Shown piece after piece: positions 1-9,847 of a DNA stretch of 59,972 bases (the first letter of the stretch is position 1; every line of letters starts with the position of its first letter). The translations under genes were made by a program, and so were the position numbers. The stretch lies in the IMG/VR virus record IMGVR_UViG_3300041402_000464, positions 1-59,972 of that record. One strand, given 5' to 3'. The DNA is from a virus. Taxonomy: Duplodnaviria > Caudoviricetes. The notes under the pieces are model-generated. The model saw only the letters and a program-made list of their open reading frames with translations. It did no database searches and had not been told where the DNA came from.

Positions 1-127
1 TAAAAAATAATGCGGCGAAAGTATCTCTCGATGCAGCCGTTGATATGAATGTGGCAACGCAGATAAAGGAATCAGAAAAGACGGCTAACTCTGTATTCGT
101 GAGGGAAAACGGACGCAAGGTCTGGTA
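1..127. repeat. Terminal direct repeat (circular contig overlap), identical to 59846-59972
   Basis: TAAAAAATAATGCGGCG...CAAGGTCTGGTA occurs at both ends; 127 nt matches a common assembler k-mer; reading frame continues across the join. Confidence 0.97.
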
Positions 128-1754
128 TGACGTAAGTGAGCCCCTTATTTTGGAATCCCTTACCTCTCTTAATTGGGACGGGTTTAATAGCCGGGCGTTA
201 AAGGCTATGAGGAAGTTCAAGAGGGCCTTTACCATAGGCGTCACCGCTTCTCCTGAGTTCAGGATAGCCAACCTCTTGAGAGATACAATACAATCCGTAG
301 CGGTTGGTAAGATGAACTACAATGTGTTTGACAATGTGTTTGGCGCTGGATGGAAGGGAACAAAGAGGGAAAGCATCACTGAGGCGCGTATGATGGCCGG
401 AGGTGGAATGATGCACTTTGGCCATGAATATGGCGCAGACCCCGACGCAGCAAGATTGATGATCGAAAAAGGGATAAAAGATGATTACATTCTCAATAAT
501 CCAAAGGCCTTTAAGGGTGCAAAACAGGCACTTAATACCTTTTGGGACACATGGAGAGAATTTGGATCACGTCTTGAGAATGTGAACAGGGCTGCACTGT
601 ACGAAAAGAGAGTCAAGGAAGTAGGAGAGTTAAAGGCCAACTTTGAAGCAAGAGACCTGATGGACTTCACTAATCATGGCGCGGCCCCGGCGGTTCGCCT
701 TCTCATTCAGGTTGTTCCCTTTCTTAATGCAAGGATGCAGGGACTTTATAAACTCGGCGGCGCGGCCTTTGATAAAGACCAGCAACGACAACTTGCCGCA
801 GTAACCTCCATGGTGGCCTTGGCAAGTATGGCGCTCTTCCTTACCTTTAAGGATGATGACGATTTTAAGGAAAGGGAAGAGTGGGACAGAGATACATACT
901 GGTGGTTCAAGATACCAGGTAGCGATAAAGCTTTCAGGCTACCTAAGCCCTTCGAGGTCGGAGCCATAGGAACTTTGGCAGAAAGAATGTTGGAGCAGAT
1001 AGTAGATGATGAGGCACACGGGGAATTATTCGCTGAACGACTCGGGCATATGATAGTTCAGACATTTGCTTTCAGTGTTGTTCCTCAGATGTTACAGCCT
1101 ACCCTTGATATTTATTCCAATATAAACCCTTTCACGGATAGGCCGATTGAGTCTATGGGAATGGAGAGGCTTTCAAAGACTGAGCGTAAAAAGGCATGGA
1201 CCTCTGAAACGACTATAGCCATAAGCAAGGGTATGGATGCGGTACTCTGGGACAAAGTGGTATTATCCCCTGTGCAAATTGAATATATGGTAAAAGGGTA
1301 TCTTGGATGGATAGGAGCCATGACACTTGGCACTATCGATAATATCTTCATGGAGCCGCTTACGGGAGCCCCTACGGAGCCTACACGGAGAATAGACGAT
1401 TACCCTGCGGTTGGGAGGTTTGTAAGATCGAACCCTGCCAGGAATACAAAATATGCCACACTCTTCTATGAGCAGCTTCAAGAGATGAATACCGCTTACA
1501 GTGATGTTCAGAATTATCGGAAATTGAGAGAGTTTAATAAGGCAAAGGAATCCCGGCAAAAGAACGTAGAGAAGTTGCGCTGGAGAACTTATTTCAATAA
1601 ACAGCAGAAGCGCCTTAGTGGGATTACTGGCAGAATGAAGTTGATTCAGCTTAATAAAGTTATGTCAGCCACACAGAAACGCGCTGAGATCGATTTGCTC
1701 CAAAGGGAAAAGAACAGGATCCTTAAGATCGCAGTAGAGAGAAGAGATATTTAA
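1..1754 (+). CDS. C-terminal part (LPD38-like region) of the giant large polyvalent/ejection protein that begins at 51241
   Basis: Position 45 equals 59890, same frame as 51241; motifs VPFLNARMQG, REEWDRDTYW, RLPKPFEVG are typical of LPD38. Confidence 0.85.
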   Translation, partial: KNNAAKVSLDAAVDMNVATQIKESEKTANSVFVRENGRKVWYDVSEPLILESLTSLNWDGFNSRALKAMRKFKRAFTIGVTASPEFRIANLLRDTIQSVAVGKMNYNVFDNVFGAGWKGTKRESITEARMMAGGGMMHFGHEYGADPDAARLMIEKGIKDDYILNNPKAFKGAKQALNTFWDTWREFGSRLENVNRAALYEKRVKEVGELKANFEARDLMDFTNHGAAPAVRLLIQVVPFLNARMQGLYKLGGAAFDKDQQRQLAAVTSMVALASMALFLTFKDDDDFKEREEWDRDTYWWFKIPGSDKAFRLPKPFEVGAIGTLAERMLEQIVDDEAHGELFAERLGHMIVQTFAFSVVPQMLQPTLDIYSNINPFTDRPIESMGMERLSKTERKKAWTSETTIAISKGMDAVLWDKVVLSPVQIEYMVKGYLGWIGAMTLGTIDNIFMEPLTGAPTEPTRRIDDYPAVGRFVRSNPARNTKYATLFYEQLQEMNTAYSDVQNYRKLREFNKAKESRQKNVEKLRWRTYFNKQQKRLSGITGRMKLIQLNKVMSATQKRAEIDLLQREKNRILKIAVERRDI

Positions 1755-1808
1755 CTTTCAAAGAAGTCAATTTTTTGATAGAGTTCAGCCATTAAAGGAG
1801 GACTGTAT

Positions 1809-2141
1809 ATGCAGATGGACGATGGAAGTTTCTTAAAATGGGCTACGGGAACTATTATAGGTATACTTAGTATTGTTTTCGGTTCATATAAGTTTACCCA
1901 GAGCCAGATTGACAAACATAAAGCGGCAACCGACAAAAGTATAGAGAAACATAAGGCAGAGGTCCACGCCGCTGAATGTGTCGATGAAAAGAGTTGTAAG
2001 GAAGACAGGGACCATTTAGTTGATCACATGAAGAGAATGGCAACAGATCACGCAACCTCTTCAAAGATTATATTTTTAGAAATTAAAAGTATTAACGATA
2101 AACTCTTTGATATGGCGAAGGATGGCAACCATGGCAAGTAG
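1809..2141 (+). CDS. Small membrane protein, holin/antiholin-like
   Basis: N-terminal TM helix, AGGAGG RBS, directly upstream of endolysin. Confidence 0.5.
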   Translation: MQMDDGSFLKWATGTIIGILSIVFGSYKFTQSQIDKHKAATDKSIEKHKAEVHAAECVDEKSCKEDRDHLVDHMKRMATDHATSSKIIFLEIKSINDKLFDMAKDGNHGK

Positions 2142-2670
2142 AAGAATAGAAGACCTCGCCCCTGACGTTCAGGTAGCCGCTAATCTCATTATGGGAGCCT
2201 GTGATCACGACGGCGTTGATATTTTAATCTATTGCACTCTCAGGCCGCTGGAAGAGCAAGCAAGGCTTTACAGGCAGTCCAGGGCTTTAGTAGAGATCAG
2301 CTACAAGATTCAGAAGTTCAGAGATAGAGGTTTAGGCTTTTTGGCTGATATTCTGCAAAATACAGCCCCTTGTCATGGACCCAAAAGAACAAATGCGGCG
2401 CCGGGGGAAAGCTGGCACAACTACGCCGAGGCCTTTGACGCTGTGCCGATGGTAGGCGGTAAACCTGCATGGAACTACGACGATGCTCCTTTCGAGTGGG
2501 GAGTTTACGGTCACGCTATAAGGGACGCTGGCCTCAACTGGTCGGGTGATTGGAAGAAGTTTAAAGAGATCGCTCATGCACAGAAACGACACGGGAGCAA
2601 CCCTTTGAAAGAATATTCCCCGGAAAAAATACAGGAGATGTTAATAGCTAATGGATTACTTAAAGCTTAA
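2131..2670 (+). CDS. Endolysin, M15 family (L-Ala-D-Glu peptidase-like)
   Basis: MASRRIEDL start; TLRPLEEQARLY, NAAPGESWHNYAEAFD (SxHxxxxAxD), WSGDWKKFKEIAH motifs. Confidence 0.85.
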   Translation: MASRRIEDLAPDVQVAANLIMGACDHDGVDILIYCTLRPLEEQARLYRQSRALVEISYKIQKFRDRGLGFLADILQNTAPCHGPKRTNAAPGESWHNYAEAFDAVPMVGGKPAWNYDDAPFEWGVYGHAIRDAGLNWSGDWKKFKEIAHAQKRHGSNPLKEYSPEKIQEMLIANGLLKA

Positions 2671-3307
2671 AATACTGATTGTTTTATTTCTATTTCCTTC
2701 TTTGTCCTACGGGGCAACGCTGGAAATAAAGCTGGTCAAACCTATGAACGGGCATGAATATGATATTTCTTTATCAGATTCAATAGACGCTATCCAGTTA
2801 AAGGCTGAGTACTCCCATAGTGAAATTGAAGGTATACTAGTCGAAGACAAGGGATCTTTAGAAATCTATTATGATAGGCCTATAAATGATAAATGGAAAA
2901 CATGGTTTTTTAATATTGCTAAATACGACAATGTAAATGGAATCAGAGAAAACTACTTGGGTGCTGGGCCCAAGTATTATATATTGAAGGGGGACCATAA
3001 ATTATCGTTCAGCACGGGCATATTGGCCGATTATGACCACATTACAGGCAAATGGAAGGTAAGGGCTTCACATCGACCTGTATACTCTTACAAGGACATT
3101 GTGGAGGCCGTCTATTACTCCCAACCCGACATCAATGATTCGGATGATTACATCGAGAAATACGAAGTTAGTTCTATTGTGCCGTACACTAAAGGAGTCG
3201 GCAAGGTTTATTGCTTGAAGGAATACCGGTCTTTGATCGGGATTATAGAGAAGGAATGTGGGCTTTTATTAACTATTAAATTTGGAGAAACTAGGGAGGT
3301 GAAATAG
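2651..3307 (+). CDS. Exported protein, possible outer-membrane beta-barrel (DUF481-like)
   Basis: Signal peptide (LFLFPSLSYGA), alternating aromatic beta-strand pattern, YLGAGPKYY. Confidence 0.45.
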   Translation: MDYLKLKILIVLFLFPSLSYGATLEIKLVKPMNGHEYDISLSDSIDAIQLKAEYSHSEIEGILVEDKGSLEIYYDRPINDKWKTWFFNIAKYDNVNGIRENYLGAGPKYYILKGDHKLSFSTGILADYDHITGKWKVRASHRPVYSYKDIVEAVYYSQPDINDSDDYIEKYEVSSIVPYTKGVGKVYCLKEYRSLIGIIEKECGLLLTIKFGETREVK

Positions 3308-3311
3308 AAAA

Positions 3312-3491
3312 ATGACTAATATTAGAACAACAGCAACAGCCGTGGTAACACTCTTATCAGTATTTGCACCAAAATTTTTAGGCTATGAGATTGATGCCGA
3401 GACTCAGCTTGCTATGGTGACAGTAGGTGTAACCATTATCGGCTTACTGGCCAAGGATAGCAATGTAACCGGCGGTACAAAACGGCAGTAA
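3312..3491 (+). CDS. Holin-like protein, 59 aa, two TM helices (below ORF-track cutoff)
   Basis: Hand translation MTNIRTTATAVVTLLSVFAPKFLGYEIDAETQLAMVTVGVTIIGLLAKDSNVTGGTKRQ; lysis context; GGAGG RBS. Confidence 0.65.
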   Translation: MTNIRTTATAVVTLLSVFAPKFLGYEIDAETQLAMVTVGVTIIGLLAKDSNVTGGTKRQ

Positions 3492-3515
3492 TTAATTTTA
3501 ACAAAAGGAGAAAAA

Positions 3516-3857
3516 ATGTTTAAGAAAATAAGTATACTTCTAATGTGCGTGGCTTTCTTCTCAGCTTGTGGCTTGAACACATTACCGGCGCCCGAGAGTA
3601 CGCAGGAGAGAATAGCCTATGCAGAGGCTACATTGACCGGCATTACCATCACGGTGACAGACCTGAACGACAATAGGCTCATATCTCTTAAAGATGTCAA
3701 GTCTATGGATAAGATGATCACCGATACCGAAGACCTATTGCAGCTCGCCAAGGCAGCATTATTCGCGGCAGATGAGGCCAAGGCCAAAGGCAATCTCATA
3801 GCAGCCTTGACGCTATTAACAGAGCTTAATCGAATTATAACCGCAAGGGGGCAATGA
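3516..3857 (+). CDS. Lipoprotein, spanin-like
   Basis: Lipobox FFSA-C after hydrophobic signal; lysis cluster. Confidence 0.55.
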   Translation: MFKKISILLMCVAFFSACGLNTLPAPESTQERIAYAEATLTGITITVTDLNDNRLISLKDVKSMDKMITDTEDLLQLAKAALFAADEAKAKGNLIAALTLLTELNRIITARGQ

Positions 3858-4072
3858 TGAATGCAATAACAGTAACGACAGGGTTAAACGTATTACTTAC
3901 AGTCCTCAGTAAGGCCGCTGAATTGTCTACGCTCATACAAAAAGCCAGGGACGAGGACAGGGATATCAGCGCGGAAGAGTGGAAACAATTAGATCTTGAC
4001 CAAGCCGAAGCTCATGCCAGTCTTAAGGAATCCATAAAGAAACGCGAAGATGAAGATTTAATCAACAGGTGA
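3854..4072 (+). CDS. Hypothetical protein (lysis cluster)
   Basis: ORF coupled to upstream gene by ATGA overlap. Confidence 0.6.
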   Translation: MMNAITVTTGLNVLLTVLSKAAELSTLIQKARDEDRDISAEEWKQLDLDQAEAHASLKESIKKREDEDLINR

Positions 4073-4094
4073 GCTAAGAAGCTCTCATTTTTTT

Positions 4095-4131
4095 AAAGCC
4101 CCCATGGAAAATAGACCGTGGGGGCTTTTTT
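4095..4131 (+). terminator. Rho-independent terminator ending the late/lysis operon
   Basis: AAAGCCCCCATGG...CCGTGGGGGCTTTTTT. Confidence 0.8.
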
Positions 4132-4180
4132 GTCAAAAATTCCTTTAAAACAATCACTTACAAAGTAATAAAATAAAAAC

Positions 4181-4210
4181 TTGACTATTCATAGTTCGCC
4201 CTGATAGAAT
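4181..4210 (+). promoter_or_regulatory. Sigma70-type early promoter
   Basis: TTGACT-18nt-TAGAAT with extended TG and an A-rich UP element. Confidence 0.65.
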
Positions 4211-4241
4211 CTTATTAAGTCAAAAGCGAACAAGGAGACGT

Positions 4242-4439
4242 ATGAGAATAGGATTACAAATAAAGATAGCTATGGTTGGGGAGGAATTAAGCGCAGCTGA
4301 TTTAGCTCGTAAGGTAGGGATGTCCAGGGCTCATTTAAGTGAGGTTCAATCGGGCAAGAAGAATCCATCTATTGTTACAATAAATAAGCTTTGCGAGGCT
4401 TTAGGGTACGACTTAATGCTGGTTAAAAAGGAGGCTTGA
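4242..4439 (+). CDS. XRE/Cro-like helix-turn-helix regulator
   Basis: LSAADLARKVGMSRAHLSEVQSGKKNPSIVTINKLCEALG. Confidence 0.9.
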   Translation: MRIGLQIKIAMVGEELSAADLARKVGMSRAHLSEVQSGKKNPSIVTINKLCEALGYDLMLVKKEA

Positions 4440-4600
4440 GTGGATAGCAAAGACAAGAAAGATACAAACGACGTAGTTGTATGCGGGGCTAGAAGTTGCA
4501 CCTACAATAAAGATAGTAAGTGTGGAGGCCTTATGGCTGGAGTTATTACAGTAATAGGTATCGATGGTCAGTGCATTAGATTTGAAGTGCAGGCAGGAAA

Positions 4601-4789
4601 ATGAATCTTCTCTGGGTAAGTATTAATTGCTGGCATGAGGGACACGACGACCTTGCCGATGAATTAATGGACCGGGTAGATGATGAAGGGGCTTGGTGGC
4701 TTTACTACGATTTGTGTGTGTCAATATTAGATAAATCAACAATGAAGGGGTGTTTATGCCTGATAATGACGATCATTCCCTTGATATAG
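4601..4789 (+). CDS. Hypothetical protein
   Basis: ORF with RBS in early small-gene cluster. Confidence 0.35.
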   Translation: MNLLWVSINCWHEGHDDLADELMDRVDDEGAWWLYYDLCVSILDKSTMKGCLCLIMTIIPLI

Positions 4790-5073
4790 AGGAAGAGAAG
4801 GAAGCTACTGAGCAGACAGCGCCTTTCGAGCATTGTCCTGATTGCGGCACAAGAACAGGGGGCGGCAGGTGTGGGTTTTGTAGAGAATTAAGTTTTGATT
4901 GGGGAGAGAGTCAATGTCACAGGTAAGTAAAGATAAAGAGCTACACGAAAATAAAGAGTGTGACCCTCTATACTGCCCTTTTTGCGAAAAGATAGCGATA
5001 AGGGCTAGGGATTGGGATGAAGGTAAGGCCGATTTCCGGCTTCACGAAAAGATAGATGATGAAGGAGAAGATC

Positions 5074-5244
5074 ATGACTAAAGAAGAAATAGTAGTGGCA
5101 GACATGTTGTTGGAGGCAATTAACAAAGCAGCGAGTGATGCAACAACGGGAGGAACATTCACACCAAGATCACAGGCAATATCAGACTACGAGAGATTTA
5201 TTTTAGCAGCCTCTATCCGGGCAAACATAAAAAATTCAGATTGA
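5074..5244 (+). CDS. Hypothetical protein
   Basis: AAGGAG RBS before MTKEEIVVAD. Confidence 0.45.
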   Translation: MTKEEIVVADMLLEAINKAASDATTGGTFTPRSQAISDYERFILAASIRANIKNSD

Positions 5245-5346
5245 TGACGCAGGACCAAATCAATAAATCAAGAGGAGGTGGCTTATGCACTCATAAAATA
5301 AAGGGTTCCGGCATACCTTAGCCGAGTTGCATTTTGGAAGTTACTT

Positions 5347-5383
5347 AAGGGGGAGAGTGATGGGTCGCCCTCCCCCTTATTTT
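5347..5383 (+). terminator. Terminator-like hairpin
   Basis: AAGGGGGAG...CTCCCCCTT followed by ATTTT. Confidence 0.5.
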
Positions 5384-5459
5384 AAAGCTTATGAGTCTTT
5401 GTATATCTTCTCTTGGAGGGTATACCAAGTTTCATAAATCAAAAGAGTGTGAGGTTGAT

Positions 5460-5642
5460 ATGAAAATGTTGGGAAAATTATTATTTACATTACTGTTCCC
5501 GTGGTGGCTGTTTAAAGCAATTATATTTTGGAAGAAGAATACAGCATTTATGTTTGTACAATACGGGATGCTATATGAAAATATGTTTGTCGGTAAAGAA
5601 GGATTCAAGGATTGGGTTGACATTACATTTTCGCTAAAATAG
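5460..5642 (+). CDS. Small membrane protein flanked by 16-bp direct repeats
   Basis: GAGG RBS, hydrophobic LLFTLLFPWWLF; AGTTTCATAAATCAAA at 5428-5443 and 5647-5662. Confidence 0.5.
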   Translation: MKMLGKLLFTLLFPWWLFKAIIFWKKNTAFMFVQYGMLYENMFVGKEGFKDWVDITFSLK

Positions 5643-5680
5643 TAGGAGTTTCATAAATCAAACTAATAGGAGGGTAGAGT

Positions 5681-5925
5681 ATGCAGGATTTTGAAAGGGT
5701 AATAGAAGAGGGGGCGATCTCTTAAAGGGTATGCTTAGAGATTACCAGAAAGATATCAAGAAGGCCTATCTCAAGACTGAGGATATGACAATAAACCTTG
5801 GTCTTAAGCTGACTCCAAGCGATACCGGAGTGAAAATTGAAACCAAGATAAACTTCGTGGAATCAAAGATTACCGATACCGCAACCATACTGGTATCAGA
5901 CACAAAGGATATGTTCCGGGAATAA
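5681..5925 (+). CDS. Hypothetical protein, apparently frameshifted at a G run near 5710
   Basis: RBS+ATG at 5681 reaches a stop at 5723-5725; one extra G fuses it to ORF 5731-5925. Confidence 0.4.
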
Positions 5926-5947
5926 AATATTAAAAAGAAAGGGGTAG

Positions 5948-7222
5948 ATGATCATGGATGAGAAGAATGAAATACAGGTAGTTGATTTTGAAAAGTTGCC
6001 AATAGATTACAGCGATACTGGTGTAACGGAAGCAGTATTGACGAAACTAAAGGAGGACTACGGTGTAGCTCCTGACTGTAGCACGAAAGAAGGATATGCT
6101 ATAGCAAAGGCAGGCCTTACGTTACTTCGGACGCTCAGGGTTAAAATAGAAGCAAAGCGTAAGAAAAATAACGCCGGGGCCGTTTCGTATAAAAAGAGGA
6201 ACGATGGTGAGGCAGCAGGCTATATTTCTTTCATAGTTGCCTTAGAGGAGCCCATGAAAGCAGGAAAGCAGGTTCAGGACGCCATCAAGGAAGAAGAAAA
6301 GAGGGTTAAGGCCGAGAAAGAGAAGGAGAGGGTAGCCGCCATCGAGAAGGATATCAACACGATAAGGAACGTCGTTCTTGACTGCCATGGTAAAACCTCT
6401 CTTGAATTGTCCGGGATAATCGGATCTCTTGAGGAAACTGAGATCGCCTTAGATCGCTTTGCCGAGCATACACCTATAGCCGAGGCTGCAAAGATTGAGG
6501 CTATTGAGAAGCTTGAAGAAATGAGAGATCAGGCTTTGATTACTGAAAAGGCCGACGAAGAGCGCATAGCCGAGGATGCAAGGTTGGTTGCGGAGCGTGA
6601 AAAGCTTGAGGAAGAACGCAAGATTGAGGATAAAAGGCTGGACGATGAGCGTGAAAAACTTAGGCTTGAAGGACTTGAAGCTGGTCGTATATCAAAGATC
6701 AAAGATAAGATTCAGGCCATAAAGGACCGGGGCGCCTATGACCCAGATGCGACGGCAGAGAAGATATTGGGCCGGATTCATGTTTTAGAAAATACACGGG
6801 CAAGTAAAGAGGTCTTTGAAGAATTCACCGAAGATGCTCACATGGCCTGTGGTCTCGCGCTGTCTGCGCTTAAAGATTTCCATACCGTGAGAGTTGAGAA
6901 AGAGAGGTTGACAGCGGTAGCGGCCGAGGAAGCTATTAAGGCCGACGAAGAGGCTGCGGAGTTAGAGGCTTCTAATACTGAGGCACCCGAGGAAGAACCT
7001 CTTTCTGGTGAAGATGATGAGGTTGTTGATGCCGAGTTTGTTGAGGAAGAAAATCAGGTAGACGCGGTAAAGACAAACGAAGATATCGAATTTGCAGATC
7101 GTATGGCTTTCGTTGATGCCCTTGTCAAACTCTTCCCTGCTGTTCCCACTCCAACCGCGAACGGTATTTATCGCGCCATGAAAGAGGGTAAGATACCTTT
7201 TAAATTCATAGGAGGTGAATAA
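5948..7222 (+). CDS. Long coiled-coil early protein (DUF1351-like)
   Basis: Glu/Lys/Ala-rich heptads; sits upstream of the RecE/RecT module. Confidence 0.55.
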   Translation: MIMDEKNEIQVVDFEKLPIDYSDTGVTEAVLTKLKEDYGVAPDCSTKEGYAIAKAGLTLLRTLRVKIEAKRKKNNAGAVSYKKRNDGEAAGYISFIVALEEPMKAGKQVQDAIKEEEKRVKAEKEKERVAAIEKDINTIRNVVLDCHGKTSLELSGIIGSLEETEIALDRFAEHTPIAEAAKIEAIEKLEEMRDQALITEKADEERIAEDARLVAEREKLEEERKIEDKRLDDEREKLRLEGLEAGRISKIKDKIQAIKDRGAYDPDATAEKILGRIHVLENTRASKEVFEEFTEDAHMACGLALSALKDFHTVRVEKERLTAVAAEEAIKADEEAAELEASNTEAPEEEPLSGEDDEVVDAEFVEEENQVDAVKTNEDIEFADRMAFVDALVKLFPAVPTPTANGIYRAMKEGKIPFKFIGGE

Positions 7223-7560
7223 TGTCCCAGATAAATGATCTATGCCGTAAGGCGCACGAAACAGCCAAGGAGAAAGGCTGGCATGAAAAGGAGGTACCGG
7301 TATCTGAATTTATCTCTAATACTCATGGCGAGCTATCAGAGGCCTTTGAAGAATACAGAAAAGGGTTCCCTTTGAGAGCAATATATTATTCTGGCGAGGA
7401 AAAGGAGAAGCCAGAGGGTTTTTCTGTTGAACTCGCTGATGCAGTTGTCAGAATTTTCGACTTCTGCGGTCTCCATGGTATTGATCTCGAAAAAGCCATA
7501 CAGATAAAAATGGCTTTCAATAAAACCAGATCATACCGCCACGGGGGGAAGATCGTATGA
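7222..7560 (+). CDS. MazG-like nucleotide pyrophosphohydrolase
   Basis: HGELSEAFEEYR...ELADAVVRIFD...KMAFNKTRSYRHGGK. Confidence 0.85.
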   Translation: MSQINDLCRKAHETAKEKGWHEKEVPVSEFISNTHGELSEAFEEYRKGFPLRAIYYSGEEKEKPEGFSVELADAVVRIFDFCGLHGIDLEKAIQIKMAFNKTRSYRHGGKIV

Positions 7561-8408
7561 GTGATATCCCGGAGAAGATAATCCTTGAGCCAGGTATCTA
7601 TCCAGATATCTCCAATGAAGACTATCACAATAAAATTGAGGGGGTAAGCAACTCTTGGCTGCAAAAATTCAAGTATTGCCCTGCTAATGCCATACTTCAA
7701 CAGAATAGTGAGGCAGATCACTTTGTTTTCGGACGAGCCTTTCACGCCTTAGTCTTGGAAGGCCCCGTTGTTTTCAATAACGAGTTTGCTGTTTCTCCTG
7801 ACCCGCCCTGCCCTGCCGATAGAAACCCTAAAGGATGGCGTAATACAACTGATTATAAGGCTGCCATAGCAAAATTTAAGGCTCAAAATATAGGCAAAGC
7901 TCTCATAAGCTTGGAAGACTACAAACACCTCAAAGGGATGGACTCTGCGGTCAAGAAACATCCTCTAAGCAAAGAGGTCTTAAAAGACGGTATTCCTGAG
8001 CAAACTGTTATCTGGATAGATGAAGACACGGGGCTAAGGTGTAAGTGTAGACCTGATTGGATACCCACTGGTGACAACAATGCTTTAGCTGATCTTAAAT
8101 CTGCGAAGGGTGCGGCCTACCATGCATTCAAAAGATCTATGTGGGATTATGGTTATGATCGGCAGGCTGCTTTTTATCTTGATGGATACAATGCGGCAAC
8201 AGGTTCAGAGTTTGATGCCTTTGTTTTCCCTGTAGTAGAGAAGAAACCTCCATATCTAACAGGTTGTTATCCTGTGGGCGAAGAAAGTATGACCAGGGGG
8301 AGAGTGGAATATAAAAAGCTTTTAGGCCAGGTAAAGGAATGTATGGAAACCGGATACTGGCCACCTTATGTTCTTGATTGGCGAGAGCCAGATCAAAGCG
8401 AACTTTAA
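7557..8408 (+). CDS. recE: RecE-like exonuclease VIII (PD-(D/E)xK, DUF3799)
   Basis: GIYPDISNEDYH, FGRAFHALVLE, CKCRPDW, DLKS, YDRQAAFYLDG. Confidence 0.85.
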   Translation: MSDIPEKIILEPGIYPDISNEDYHNKIEGVSNSWLQKFKYCPANAILQQNSEADHFVFGRAFHALVLEGPVVFNNEFAVSPDPPCPADRNPKGWRNTTDYKAAIAKFKAQNIGKALISLEDYKHLKGMDSAVKKHPLSKEVLKDGIPEQTVIWIDEDTGLRCKCRPDWIPTGDNNALADLKSAKGAAYHAFKRSMWDYGYDRQAAFYLDGYNAATGSEFDAFVFPVVEKKPPYLTGCYPVGEESMTRGRVEYKKLLGQVKECMETGYWPPYVLDWREPDQSEL

Positions 8409-8430
8409 TAATTCAATAAAGGATAATAAA

Positions 8431-8643
8431 ATGAAATCGTATATAGGATGCAAGATAATACAAGCAGAAAAAATGACACAGGGCGCTTTTTTAGATGAAA
8501 AAGAAGCTCCTGTACCTACCGAGGCCGTTGGAAGGAAAGGCTATAAGGTAAAATACCCGGACGGATATACAAGCTGGTCTCCCAAAGAAGCTTTTGAATT
8601 AGCTTATAGGAAAATAACTGATTCAGAAAAAGAACTAATTTAA
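8431..8643 (+). CDS. Conserved small phage protein (YIGxK...GYKVKYPDGYTSWSPKEAFE family)
   Basis: Recognisable widespread phage motif; start re-assigned to ATG 8431. Confidence 0.7.
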   Translation: MKSYIGCKIIQAEKMTQGAFLDEKEAPVPTEAVGRKGYKVKYPDGYTSWSPKEAFELAYRKITDSEKELI

Positions 8644-8794
8644 TTCAATTTGATGGGGTGAGGTGAAGCTAAAACAATAGTGTTGGAACTTCATACTCTG
8701 AGGCAATGGTGTCTTGCAAAGCATTTGATGTGCGTTATCTTGTAGGATATAGCCCCCATCAATCTTTTAAATACAATAACGAAAGGAGAAAATT

Positions 8795-9841
8795 ATGTCT
8801 GAAAGAAAACAGTTTGAACTGATGGCGCTGGAGGCTAAAGGTGCCTTCTTAAAGGTTTCCGATGAGGCAACTTTCAGTAAGGAGATTATGTATGCCTTGC
8901 AGATATTAAGGGGGAGTTCGTACTTACAAAGATGTGCGCCTCAAACGATTAAAAACGCTGTCACAAACATAGCTTTGACAGGTGCAACATTAAATCCTGC
9001 GCTACAACAGGCGTTTCTTATACCTAGAAATATAATGGTAGACGGCAAAAAAGTAATGTCCTGCTGCCTAGATTTCTCTTACAGGGGCCTCATTAAGATT
9101 GCAACCGATACCGGAAGCGTTACCCATTGGGATGCTGTAGAGGTTTTCGAGGGTGACGACTTTGGAATAATACAGGGTTCCGAAAATCCTCACGTTCATC
9201 ATATCCCAAAATTCCCACGCGACCCACAAGCTCCATTAATAGCTGTTTATTCCAGAGCAACCCTGCATAACGGGGATAAGTCTTTTCTGGTCATGGAGAG
9301 GCATGAAATTGAGGCCACAAGGAAGACCTCTCAATGCCCTGAATCCCCAGCTTGGAAAAATCAATACGGGGAGATGTCTAAAAAAACGGTAATGAAACGG
9401 CACTACAAGACTCTACCCCAGACAGATCGCATGGCCGAGGCTATTCAGGTCTTAAATGAGCATGAGGGCTTCGAGGTCAAAAAGAAGGGTGATAAGGCTA
9501 AAGATATCCTCAATAGATTCGGCTGTGATAATTCGGAAGAGGCTGAATACACAGATATGAACGAGACTCCAAGAGGTGAAGAGGCGTCGGTAGAGAAGAA
9601 ACCGGAAGCAGCCCCTGGAAGCCCCGAGAAGAAGGAAGCTGCCAAACCAAAGGGTAGTGCCTCTCCTGCACAGATCAAGAAGATTCAAACCGTTATGAGC
9701 GAGATGGGCCTTAAGTCCGAAGACGAGCAGCTTGATTGGATTACTTTCAACTTCGAGATCAAGATACCTGCGGTTGACGGCCTAAGTAAAGATCAGGCTA
9801 ATCAGATCATCAAAGGTCTTGAGAAAACAGGTAAAAAGTAA
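8795..9841 (+). CDS. recT: RecT-family ssDNA annealing protein
   Basis: TLNPALQQAFLIPR, SYRGLIKIA, PAWKNQYGEMSKKTVMKRHYKTLP. Confidence 0.9.
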   Translation: MSERKQFELMALEAKGAFLKVSDEATFSKEIMYALQILRGSSYLQRCAPQTIKNAVTNIALTGATLNPALQQAFLIPRNIMVDGKKVMSCCLDFSYRGLIKIATDTGSVTHWDAVEVFEGDDFGIIQGSENPHVHHIPKFPRDPQAPLIAVYSRATLHNGDKSFLVMERHEIEATRKTSQCPESPAWKNQYGEMSKKTVMKRHYKTLPQTDRMAEAIQVLNEHEGFEVKKKGDKAKDILNRFGCDNSEEAEYTDMNETPRGEEASVEKKPEAAPGSPEKKEAAKPKGSASPAQIKKIQTVMSEMGLKSEDEQLDWITFNFEIKIPAVDGLSKDQANQIIKGLEKTGKK

Positions 9842-9847
9842 TTCAAT

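Noticed and set aside
1-127. Biological terminal repeat
   Set aside because: Exactly 127 nt and in the middle of a gene; best explained as assembler overlap of a circular contig.
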